32,000 nucleotides of DNA from Synechococcus elongatus PCC 6301 (GTDB lineage Bacteria; Cyanobacteriota; Cyanobacteriia; Synechococcales; Synechococcaceae), in the NCBI RefSeq assembly GCF_000010065.1, contig NC_006576.1:750001-782000 (forward strand), given 5' to 3'. The notes beneath the pieces are model-generated. The model did not search any database, was not told the origin of the DNA, and saw nothing but the letters and a program-made list of their open reading frames with translations. Shown here piece after piece: positions 1 to 7,889 of this stretch (positions are counted from its first letter, which is position 1; the number at the start of each line of letters is the position of its first letter). The position numbers and the translations under genes are program-made.

Positions 1-1360
1 GGGCGTAGGGTTTGGCAACCGTCATGAAATTGAAATCGGGATCCAAGCCTTTGCCAACCCCTTCCAGGGTCGAAAACGCTCGCATCACAAAGGTAAAGGT
101 AGCGGGAAAGCGAAACGGCTGGTCGTAGGCAATCTCGTAAATATCGTCGCTAATCGCACTGATCGACTGGCCTTCAAAGGGGCGATCGAGGAAGTTATCG
201 AGCAGATATTGCACCGATCGCCGCACAGGGCCGAGATCGCCTGTGGGCAAAAGCGCTCCCAGTTCGACTAGGGCACTGACGATATCATCAGCATCTTTGC
301 GGGCAATGCCTAAGAAGACCTGCATCAACTTACTGCGGACATCAGTGCGAATCTCGCCCATCATGCCGAAGTCGTAGAAAATCAGGCGACCCGTCGGACT
401 AACCGCCAAGTTGCCCGGATGCGGATCAGCATGGAAGAAGCCGTGATTGAGCACTTGGCGTAGGTAGGCTTCGGCGTTGAGCTGCGAAATTTTCTGGCGA
501 TCGAGGTTGGCCGCTTCCAGCGCCGTGTAGTCACTGATTTTGATGCCGGGCAGATATTCCAGCGTCAGCACCCTCGGACTGGCATAGCGCCAATAGACTC
601 GCGGCACCAGCAACCAGTCGCAGTCGCGAAAATCACGCCGAAAGCGATCGGCATTGCGACCCTCGCGCAGGTAGTCGGTCTCTTGCCAAAGGATTCGGCA
701 GCATTCTTCGTAAATGCCCACCCAATCGCGCCCTTGGCCCCAGCGGCGATGGCGCTGAAAGTATTCAGCAATGCCCCGCAGAATCGCCAAATCGACGGTA
801 AACAGTTGCTGGAGGCCGGGGCGTTGCACCTTGACCACCACGGCTTCGCCGGTCTTCAGACGGGCGCGGTGAACTTGGCCTAGGCTGGCGGCCGCGAGAG
901 GAACCGGATCAAAGTCACTGAACAGTTCTTCAGGACTCGCCCCCAATTCATTGCTCAGGATCTGTTGAACCTGCTCTAGATCAAAGGCTGGGACTTGATC
1001 CTGCAGCTTCGAGAGTTCTTCGACATACTCGGCTGGAAATAGATCGGCCCGCGTTGAAAAGAGCTGCCCAACTTTAATAAAGGTTGGCCCCAGATCCAGA
1101 CAGGTTTCGCGGATCCAACTCGCTAATTTGCGGCGGCGTTGGTTTTGGCGATCGCTACTGAATCCTCCGAAATACGTCCAAGGTCGCTGAATCAGCCACA
1201 GTCGAAAACTAAGCAGCAGCACAAACCGCCAGATATCGGCACTGCGCTGCCAGCGTGGATAGCGTCGCCGATCCCAGCGATAGCGACGACGGGGTGGCTG
1301 GGGCGGCGAGGGAGCCGCTGCGATCGCGGCTGACTCAACAGAGAGAGCAGTCACAGCCAC
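1..1360 (-). CDS. ABC1/AarF/UbiB-family atypical kinase-like protein, partial (C-terminus beyond window start)
   Basis: My translation of the complement from a GTG at 1358-1360 gives VAVTALSVESAAIAAAPSPPQPPRRRYRWDRRRYP...RETCLDLGPTFIKVGQLFSTRADLFPAEYVEELSKLQDQVPAF...AAASLGQVHRARLKTGEAVVVKVQRPGL, with the KxGQ and A-rich loop signatures of ABC1 kinases. It is open to the window edge, which explains its absence from the ORF track. Confidence 0.93.
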   Translation of the reverse strand, partial: MAVTALSVESAAIAAAPSPPQPPRRRYRWDRRRYPRWQRSADIWRFVLLLSFRLWLIQRPWTYFGGFSSDRQNQRRRKLASWIRETCLDLGPTFIKVGQLFSTRADLFPAEYVEELSKLQDQVPAFDLEQVQQILSNELGASPEELFSDFDPVPLAAASLGQVHRARLKTGEAVVVKVQRPGLQQLFTVDLAILRGIAEYFQRHRRWGQGRDWVGIYEECCRILWQETDYLREGRNADRFRRDFRDCDWLLVPRVYWRYASPRVLTLEYLPGIKISDYTALEAANLDRQKISQLNAEAYLRQVLNHGFFHADPHPGNLAVSPTGRLIFYDFGMMGEIRTDVRSKLMQVFLGIARKDADDIVSALVELGALLPTGDLGPVRRSVQYLLDNFLDRPFEGQSISAISDDIYEIAYDQPFRFPATFTFVMRAFSTLEGVGKGLDPDFNFMTVAKPYA

Positions 1361-1690
1361 CTAGTCTGAAAGAGATTGGCGATACTGCTGCAGCGCAAAC
1401 CGGGTTGCAGCAATTTCCGCTCGTAGGTCATCCAACAGGGCTTGCAGATCCACATCCGTCGGACGGCTCGGTGCTGGCTCCTGCTCCAGATCCGTCTCGG
1501 CTTGCTGAATCACTTCCTGCACGAACTGCTGCAGCGTTTGCCGGTATTCTGCTTCCCAAATGCCGAAATCACTGAGGCGATCGGCAACCACTTCGCCCGA
1601 GGGCGCGCTGAAATTCACGGACGAGCGATCGCCCCAAGAAAAAGGCTTCCCGGCTGGGATCAGACGGAGCAGACAAGATAGCGTTAACAA
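1361..1690 (-). CDS. hypothetical protein, cyanobacterial, 109 aa, coiled/helical C-terminus
   Basis: Intact ORF directly abutting the ABC1 kinase gene; the kinase GTG start follows this ORF's TAG. N-terminal start uncertain. Confidence 0.6.
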   Translation of the reverse strand: MLTLSCLLRLIPAGKPFSWGDRSSVNFSAPSGEVVADRLSDFGIWEAEYRQTLQQFVQEVIQQAETDLEQEPAPSRPTDVDLQALLDDLRAEIAATRFALQQYRQSLSD

Positions 1691-1744
1691 ACGGCAACAG
1701 GGGCCATTATAACGATCGCCACTCGTCTGGCTCTGCTGCGATCA

Positions 1745-2326
1745 CTACTGGAGCGGCGGTGCAGTGGGGGTTGGAGCGACTGGCTCGGGTGCGGAGGGCG
1801 CGATCGGTTCGGGTGCGGGAGACGGTGTCGGTGCAACCAAGCTAGGCTCTGTAGCGCTCTCGGTGGATGGAGCCGCCCAAGCTGGTGGTTGCTCGCTCAG
1901 GCTATCTGTGGCGGCCGCGTCGGGAAACTCTTGGCTCGGCATGGGCATGACCGGCAGATCGGGTGCGATCGCTGTTGAGGGCTGGCTAGACCACTCGTCA
2001 ACGGCACTAGGAGGATTGACGGCACCGTGGCGGGCTTCTAGATCACGGTAGTGGGTGCCGGGAAGATTCGCTTCTGGAAAATCCTGTTCGCTCTGCAGGA
2101 TATTCGCTACTGGATTGAAGGTGGGGCGACTGAATCGCAAGGTCAGGGCAAAACTGGCGCCAAAGCCACATCCGATCGCGATCGCGAGCCATAAGCCGCC
2201 GTGAATTGCCGAGCGGCGGGGCTGGCGGGGAGGCGGACTGCTGGGACGTCTTTGTCCTGAACGCGCTGCTGCTTGGGAGGGCTGCTTAGGCGAAACGATG
2301 ATAGTGCGATCTTCGGGACGACTCAT
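1745..2326 (-). CDS. hypothetical single-pass membrane protein with Pro/Ala-rich C-terminal region
   Basis: ORF 1745..2371; likely start at internal Met16 (MSRPEDRTIIV, 2326). Contains the hydrophobic segment GLWLAIAIGCGFGASFALTL followed by a low-complexity P/A/S/E-rich tail. Confidence 0.6.
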   Translation of the reverse strand: MSRPEDRTIIVSPKQPSQAAARSGQRRPSSPPPRQPRRSAIHGGLWLAIAIGCGFGASFALTLRFSRPTFNPVANILQSEQDFPEANLPGTHYRDLEARHGAVNPPSAVDEWSSQPSTAIAPDLPVMPMPSQEFPDAAATDSLSEQPPAWAAPSTESATEPSLVAPTPSPAPEPIAPSAPEPVAPTPTAPPLQ

Positions 2327-2388
2327 CGTGGCAATCTCATGAACAGCTCCAGCCCAGTCCAGGATCGCCAAGGGCGATCGCCTTCAGA

Positions 2389-2880
2389 CTAGCGATAGTT
2401 AGTGAACTGCAACGGCGCCGGAACGTCCTGTTGCTTGAGGTATTGAATCACAGTCTGCAAGTCATCCTTCGACTTAGCACTGACCCGCAGGGCATCTCCT
2501 TGAATCGAAACCTGCACTTTCTTGAACTGGTCACGAATCTGTTTCGACAGATCCTTCGCCAGCTCGCTGCTCAGGCCCCGCTGCAGGGTAATGACCTGAC
2601 GAACGCGATTACCGCTCGCAGTTTCGACTTTGCCGAAGTCAAAAATTTTCAGCGAGAGATTGCGCTTGGCGACTTTAGTTTGCAGCAGGGTGACGACCGC
2701 ATCCAAGCTGAACTCGCTGTCAGTGTTAATCGTCAGAGTCTCGGCAGTCAGTTCCAAGGTCGTAGCGGAATCTTTAAGATCGTAGCGATTGGTAATCTCG
2801 CGCCGCGCCTGATCAACAGCGTTGACCAGTTCTTGCTGATCGAAGTCGCTGACGACGTCAAAAGAGCTTGCAGTGGCCAT
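2389..2880 (-). CDS. YajQ family nucleotide/cyclic-di-GMP-binding protein
   Basis: [38 protein letters not shown]...[32 protein letters not shown] is characteristic of YajQ/UPF0234. Confidence 0.95.
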   Translation of the reverse strand: MATASSFDVVSDFDQQELVNAVDQARREITNRYDLKDSATTLELTAETLTINTDSEFSLDAVVTLLQTKVAKRNLSLKIFDFGKVETASGNRVRQVITLQRGLSSELAKDLSKQIRDQFKKVQVSIQGDALRVSAKSKDDLQTVIQYLKQQDVPAPLQFTNYR

Positions 2881-2952
2881 GGGGATTTAGGAATAACGAC
2901 GCGAAGAAACCCGATCGCAATCAGCGACTGCGGGCTGAGCAGGTAGCACTGC

Positions 2953-3471
2953 TCAATCGAAGTAGAACAAAGTGACGAGGTGGTGCTGGTCTTCAGCGTA
3001 ACGACAGGTTTCCAAGAGCGTGTGGCTGTCGTGGAAGGCAAAGCAGATCAGCTGCTGGCAGCGCGTCACGATCGCCTGGTTGCAGAGGGTGCTGGCTTCC
3101 GCCAAAGACAGGTGGTCATTCTCGGCATGTTCAACCAGGTGAATGACCTTTTCCAGTTGTTCCCGCGATTCTCGGGGTTGGCGATCGAGACTTTGGGGCA
3201 AAATCACCGTCAGCAGATTGGGGTCCGCTCGCATCGCACCCCGAATCACAGCCGCGTTGGTTCCCTGAGCACCGGAAGTCATCAGACGATTGCCCGCCAG
3301 CACGAGAGCGTAGCTCATCATCTCAATCAGGTGCTGGTGCGTGATCGGAACGTGGCGAGATCCAAGAATGGCAACACGCTTGGAGCTGGTTTGCTGAATA
3401 GCAGCTAGCTCTTGAGCGAGCTCGTCAATGCGATCGAGCTTGGGGATATCGAGGTCGATGGACTGGCTCAA
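2953..3471 (-). CDS. DprA/LOG-like Rossmann-fold nucleotide-binding protein
   Basis: KRVAILGSRHVPITHQHLIEMMSYALVLAGNRLMTSGAQGTNAAVIRGAM resembles the DprA-like GSR...SGxAxGxD Rossmann core, in a short stand-alone form. Confidence 0.7.
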   Translation of the reverse strand: MSQSIDLDIPKLDRIDELAQELAAIQQTSSKRVAILGSRHVPITHQHLIEMMSYALVLAGNRLMTSGAQGTNAAVIRGAMRADPNLLTVILPQSLDRQPRESREQLEKVIHLVEHAENDHLSLAEASTLCNQAIVTRCQQLICFAFHDSHTLLETCRYAEDQHHLVTLFYFD

Positions 3472-3657
3472 CGTCGAAACGATCGCAACGGCTTGCCCAT
3501 TTTACAGCAAGCCCTGAGCTGCTGCTCTTTAACCCGCTCCTGCTCCGCATAGCACTGCCTAGGGCTGCCCCGCTTGGGAAATCCCGCAAACCGTCCCAGA
3601 TCGGAAACCTGCTGGGGTCTAGCTCAGACAGGGGGATCGCAGCAGGATTGTGGGGAC

Positions 3658-4842
3658 TCAGGACGCAGCAGCGATCGCCGGCAATCCAAGCAGAGATTGC
3701 AGCCGAGGGAAGTCAAGCGCTTCCCGCACCAAGCGGCTGACATACTGGGCTTTAACGACCTCATGCAACCGCACTTGGCCAAAGGCTTGGTCGATGATTT
3801 CCACCGTTGTCAGGGTATCGAGCTGAACCGAGAGAATCGGGATTTCCATCTCTTCGGCCCGACTGATAATTTGCGGCAGCGGCGCGACCCGACCGGTCAA
3901 AATCAAGCACTGGGTCGAGGTTTCTAAGGCCGCCAGTTGAATGTCCGCACGATCGCCGCCGGTCACCACGGCCATGTTGCGACCCTTGCGGAAATACTCC
4001 ATCGCCGAGTTAACGTTCATCGCCCCAATCGTCAGGCTCTCGACCATCAGATCGAGGCGATCGCGGCAGCAGAGCACCTCAGCATTGAGGCGACTGACCA
4101 GTTCTGTGACGCTGACGCTGCGCAGCAGAGCGCTCTGGGGCAGGAGACCAAGGACGGGAATACCGCGAGCTTCGAGGAACGGCACCAGGGTTTCTCGGAC
4201 ATGATCTAGTTCGCTCCGAGGCACGGCATTGAGCACCACTCCCAAGAGGCGATCGCCGAGGGATTGTTGCGCCGCTAGCAGACTGTCCACCGACCCTGTT
4301 TCGGACCAACGATTGGCCAGCAAGACCGGCGCGTCTAAGGCCGCAGCCACAGCCGGCAGATCCAGACTGAACACCTGACCATCCACCAAACGGCCTGCGC
4401 CTTCAATCAGGGCAATATCCCCTGGCGGGCGATCGCGATACTGCTGGAGTTGGGTGAGGTAATCGGTACTATCAGTTTGCGCTAACCGCCGCTGCACACT
4501 GGTCGGATCCAGCATCACCAACGTGGGATAGCGCTGATCCTCACTGAGGTTGAGAGTTTCTGCGATGAAGCGAACGTCTTCATCGATCAGGACAGCGCCC
4601 GGTTTAACTGAACTGTCTTCAAAGCAAGTGCCCAAGGGCTTGCCGTAGGCAATCCTCAGCCCTTGTTGCTGAAAATACTGCGCAATCCCCAGCGTCAGTG
4701 CTGACTTACCGCTATAAGCTTCGGTGGACCCCAACAGAAGATATGGCGAAGACGGCAGCACTTTGCCCCCTGGATCATTTTCGTGGCGAATGTCCGACCA
4801 TTTTAACGGCGTCTTGAACCCTCCCCAGTACTCCGCCATCAA
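3658..4842 (-). CDS. P-loop CobB/CobQ-like plus DRTGG-domain protein (phosphotransacetylase N-terminal-like)
   Basis: YLLLGSTEAYSGKSALTLGIAQYF (P-loop), IALIEGAG, and a C-terminal VVTGGDRADIQLAALETSTQCLILTG DRTGG-like module; no PTA catalytic domain. Confidence 0.8.
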   Translation of the reverse strand: MMAEYWGGFKTPLKWSDIRHENDPGGKVLPSSPYLLLGSTEAYSGKSALTLGIAQYFQQQGLRIAYGKPLGTCFEDSSVKPGAVLIDEDVRFIAETLNLSEDQRYPTLVMLDPTSVQRRLAQTDSTDYLTQLQQYRDRPPGDIALIEGAGRLVDGQVFSLDLPAVAAALDAPVLLANRWSETGSVDSLLAAQQSLGDRLLGVVLNAVPRSELDHVRETLVPFLEARGIPVLGLLPQSALLRSVSVTELVSRLNAEVLCCRDRLDLMVESLTIGAMNVNSAMEYFRKGRNMAVVTGGDRADIQLAALETSTQCLILTGRVAPLPQIISRAEEMEIPILSVQLDTLTTVEIIDQAFGQVRLHEVVKAQYVSRLVREALDFPRLQSLLGLPAIAAAS

Positions 4843-4892
4843 AATTTTGGGCTGGTTGACCCAAGTTGATCCGCCGCTGGCCTTCGATGGGG

Positions 4893-5270
4893 TTAGCTGT
4901 CGTAACCCAGCAATCGCCGGTAAAAAGCCCCAGGAAAATCTGTTTTCTGCATGCGTTGGTAGCCCATCAACATATCGATCAGATATTCCAGAAATTCGTG
5001 GTTGGGCAGCAAAATTTCGTAGGTCAGTTCAGCGTCGTTGTTGAACTGCAGGTGGCAGCGCGTCATATCAGCGGGCAGCGGGGTTACCGTCCAGGTGGCA
5101 ACAAAAGAAATGGGTGCCCCTCCTTCCACAGCACGACTACCTTCAATCGAGCTGCCTTGATAGAGACTGAGGGCATAGGGTAGGTAGCGGCGCCGATTCG
5201 CCTGAGAATAGTAAGGGGTATAGAGTGACACTGCCCGGGGATCTGCTGGGACCAGTTCATCAATTCGCAT
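4893..5270 (-). CDS. ebsA: EbsA-like type IV pilus biogenesis/biofilm self-suppression protein
   Basis: 125 aa MRIDELVPADPRAVSLYTPYYSQANRRRYLPYALSLYQGSSIEG...PISFVATWTVTPLPADMTRCHLQFNNDAELTYEILLPNHEFLEYLIDML matches my recollection of the cyanobacteria-specific EbsA family. Not checked by search. Confidence 0.7.
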   Translation of the reverse strand: MRIDELVPADPRAVSLYTPYYSQANRRRYLPYALSLYQGSSIEGSRAVEGGAPISFVATWTVTPLPADMTRCHLQFNNDAELTYEILLPNHEFLEYLIDMLMGYQRMQKTDFPGAFYRRLLGYDS

Positions 5271-5396
5271 GGGGATGACAAGACCTCAAGCGTTAGGTTG
5301 CCTAGTCTGTCCTAACAGGTTTGCCGCTCCTCGACCAGAGTCTAGGGACTCAAAATGCCCATGTTATGGTTCAGGAGATGTGTTTGACTGCCCTCA

Positions 5397-6686
5397 ATGG
5401 CTGCAGCTTGGACTGTTGCATTCGGCCTGTCCCTGCTTTCAATTCTTTGGGTGGAGCTGGTTCGCGATAGTTATCACACCTTGGCCCACTATTGGACGCC
5501 GCTCTATCGGCTGCATGTCTGGCATCACAAGGTTTTTCGCCCCGATCTGACGGTTGTCGATCCAACGATCTACAGTCGCGCCCACTGGTATAACGATGTC
5601 CCAGAAGCCAGTGTGATGCTGCTCTGCGGCGGTTTATTCGGCTGGCTGGTACAGACCTGGGTGACGGTTGGCGCTTGGCTGCCGTTTCTCGGTTGCTTCT
5701 ACACCTTGATCTTTCTGGGTGGGGCGATCGCGCGGGGATTGGCCGTACCGGGGGCTGATGCCCTGACGGACCTGACGCACTTGCCCGGTCCTTTCACTGC
5801 GCCCCCCAGCGCTTGGTTAGTGAATCGCACCTACCATTGGCGTCATCACTTTGATAGCCAAACAGCCTATTTCTGTGGCACGTTTTCATTTCTGGACAAG
5901 CTGATGGGCACCGCATTGTCGCTCAAGGGCAAAACAGTGGCGGTAACAGGGGCAGCTGGCGGATTGGGTCAGGCACTGATTGTCGAATTGCAGCGAGCGG
6001 GAGCAACGCCGGTTGCCTTGACTAGTGGTAGCCGTGCCCTGCCAGCACTCTTTGAAGATCTGGGGGTGCGAGTCTTGCACTGGCAAGTGGGGCAAGAGGC
6101 GGCGATCGCCGAAGATTTACGGCGCATTGATATCCTGCTGCTCAACCACGGCGTCAATGTTCTGGGCGATCGCTCAGCGACAGCGATTGAGCAGTCCTAC
6201 GAAGTCAATGCTTTTTCGCAGTGGCGTTTGCTAGAGCTGTTCCTAGAGACAGTCACGGATAATCGCGCAATCGCTCGGAAGGAAGTCTGGGTGAATACTT
6301 CAGAAGCTGAGGTCAATCCGGCCTTTAGTCCGCTCTACGAACTCAGTAAGCGGGCAATTGGACATTTGGTGACGCTGCGCCGCCTCGACTCTCCTATTGT
6401 CTTGCGCAAACTCATCCTTGGGCCGTTTCGCAGCGATCTCAATCCCTATGGCGTGATGTCCGCTCGCTGGGTAGCTCGCCAAGTGGTAGCTCTGGCCAAG
6501 CGCGATATTCGTAACATTATCGTGACAATCAACCCCTTAACCTATCTGCTCTTCCCAATCAAAGAAGTCAGTGCTTCTTGGTACTACCGCTTATTTAGTC
6601 GGTCGGGGCGATCGCTAACGTTTACAGACTCTTCAGCAAAAGTTCATGAAGTGATTAACCAGCCTAGAGAGAAATTTCTACGATAA
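5397..6686 (+). CDS. bifunctional sterol desaturase/fatty-acid hydroxylase-like plus short-chain dehydrogenase fusion
   Basis: N-terminal histidine boxes HTLAH, HVWHH and HWRHH, then an SDR Rossmann motif KTVAVTGAAGGLGQALIVEL with LLNHGVNV. Confidence 0.85.
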   Translation: MAAAWTVAFGLSLLSILWVELVRDSYHTLAHYWTPLYRLHVWHHKVFRPDLTVVDPTIYSRAHWYNDVPEASVMLLCGGLFGWLVQTWVTVGAWLPFLGCFYTLIFLGGAIARGLAVPGADALTDLTHLPGPFTAPPSAWLVNRTYHWRHHFDSQTAYFCGTFSFLDKLMGTALSLKGKTVAVTGAAGGLGQALIVELQRAGATPVALTSGSRALPALFEDLGVRVLHWQVGQEAAIAEDLRRIDILLLNHGVNVLGDRSATAIEQSYEVNAFSQWRLLELFLETVTDNRAIARKEVWVNTSEAEVNPAFSPLYELSKRAIGHLVTLRRLDSPIVLRKLILGPFRSDLNPYGVMSARWVARQVVALAKRDIRNIIVTINPLTYLLFPIKEVSASWYYRLFSRSGRSLTFTDSSAKVHEVINQPREKFLR

Positions 6687-6763
6687 GAACATCCTCGGAT
6701 GGCTATTCTGAGCTGTTGGGTTGAACATTACCGCTTTGCATTTTAGTGGTTGAGGAAAGCAGA

Positions 6764-6835
6764 ATGTTAGAGTCTTTAGCTTTGGCGATCGGGATCAGTA
6801 TCGTCATTGTGATCAGCAGTTGGCATGAAGCCTAG
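6764..6835 (+). CDS. putative 23-aa hydrophobic micropeptide (MLESLALAIGISIVIVISSWHEA)
   Basis: Read from the sequence. ATG at 6764, TAG at 6833-6835, a GAGGAA Shine-Dalgarno-like motif just upstream, one predicted transmembrane stretch, located in an otherwise unassigned intergenic region. No conservation evidence. Confidence 0.25.
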   Translation: MLESLALAIGISIVIVISSWHEA

Positions 6836-6919
6836 AGATAATGAGCTGATCGGACCTCTCTTTTGAACTGCAGTGGTTGTCTTGTTCAGTTGTTACAGAC
6901 TGAAATCTTGATCGGCTTC

Positions 6920-7879
6920 TTAATCAACAGCAAATAGATCTTCAAGGTCTTCCAAATCAAGATCGGGTAAATCATCCAGCCCCGGCATTTCAGAGCATGA
7001 ATCTGGTTGAGATTCTAGGCTGGATGAGGTAGGGTCATCAGCCTGACTTGGCTGCAGTTCTGGAGCGACCATCTCAGAATTCTGAGCTTCAGTCAGGTAG
7101 TCAGTTTCAACTTGAACTGTGGAGAAGTCAAAGGCTTCAGCAGACTCTAAGTCTTGAAGAAGATCACTCGTCAGGGAATCTTCCGGGCTGTCAGCACCTA
7201 CATCAGTCAGAAAATCAGTGGCTGCAGCGAGAATCTCTGCATCGAAGTCTGTCATTTCATCAATGATGACTTCATTACTCAATTCAACAGCTGTGGGATT
7301 AGCAAGGCTAAGGGAAGGCTGTAACTCGCTCGGTACAATCACTTCCTGATTCGCAAGGGTAGATAGCACTGCAGCAGGTTCCAAAATAAATGTGGGTGAC
7401 TGCTTCACTCCTTCAGTTTCTTCTACCGAAACGGAAGTCACAGCATGAATGTCTCCCCAGCGGAGATAGCTATCCGGCAGGCTGGTAATTGTCTGTTCCG
7501 ATAGACGCTGAAGTTGGGGAGACTGCTCAATCGGTAGACCAATGAGCTGACTGTTGGTATTGCCTTGATCGATTTTGATCAGAATGAGAAAGCGAGCCGA
7601 TTCTAGCCGAGTTTTAGCAGCCGTGGCTGAGGAATGAGCAACCCCCAATAAATGTTGTTCAATATCAATGACCGTTACTTGTTGGCCTTGATAACTGACT
7701 AAGCCAAAGCCTCGCTGATTAGGATCACCATAAAGAGCCGGCATTTGGATAACCTTGCCCACACTTTCAATGGGCAGGGCAAATTGCTGGTTGGCGATTG
7801 TAAAAATGAGAAACTGTCGCAAGCTTTGCTGGGAACTATTACGCGATCGCTGTAAACGACGGGGAGTATAGGTAGCCAT
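6920..7879 (-). CDS. CheW-like adaptor with long acidic C-terminal extension (319 aa)
   Basis: RQFLIFTIANQQFALPIESVGKVIQMPALYGDPNQRGFGLVSYQGQQVTVIDI is CheW-like. The ~150-aa tail is D/E/S/L-rich and ends EMPGLDDLPDLDLEDLEDLFAVD. It starts 10 nt after the cheA-like gene. Confidence 0.85.
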   Translation of the reverse strand: MATYTPRRLQRSRNSSQQSLRQFLIFTIANQQFALPIESVGKVIQMPALYGDPNQRGFGLVSYQGQQVTVIDIEQHLLGVAHSSATAAKTRLESARFLILIKIDQGNTNSQLIGLPIEQSPQLQRLSEQTITSLPDSYLRWGDIHAVTSVSVEETEGVKQSPTFILEPAAVLSTLANQEVIVPSELQPSLSLANPTAVELSNEVIIDEMTDFDAEILAAATDFLTDVGADSPEDSLTSDLLQDLESAEAFDFSTVQVETDYLTEAQNSEMVAPELQPSQADDPTSSSLESQPDSCSEMPGLDDLPDLDLEDLEDLFAVD

Positions 7880-7889
7880 GACCGAAATC

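Noticed and set aside
2431-2946. 171-aa plus-strand ORF antisense to yajQ
   Set aside because: The opposite strand encodes a clear YajQ protein across the same interval.
2980-3408. 142-aa plus-strand ORF opposite the DprA-like gene
   Set aside because: The minus strand carries a recognisable Rossmann protein; this translation has no family features.
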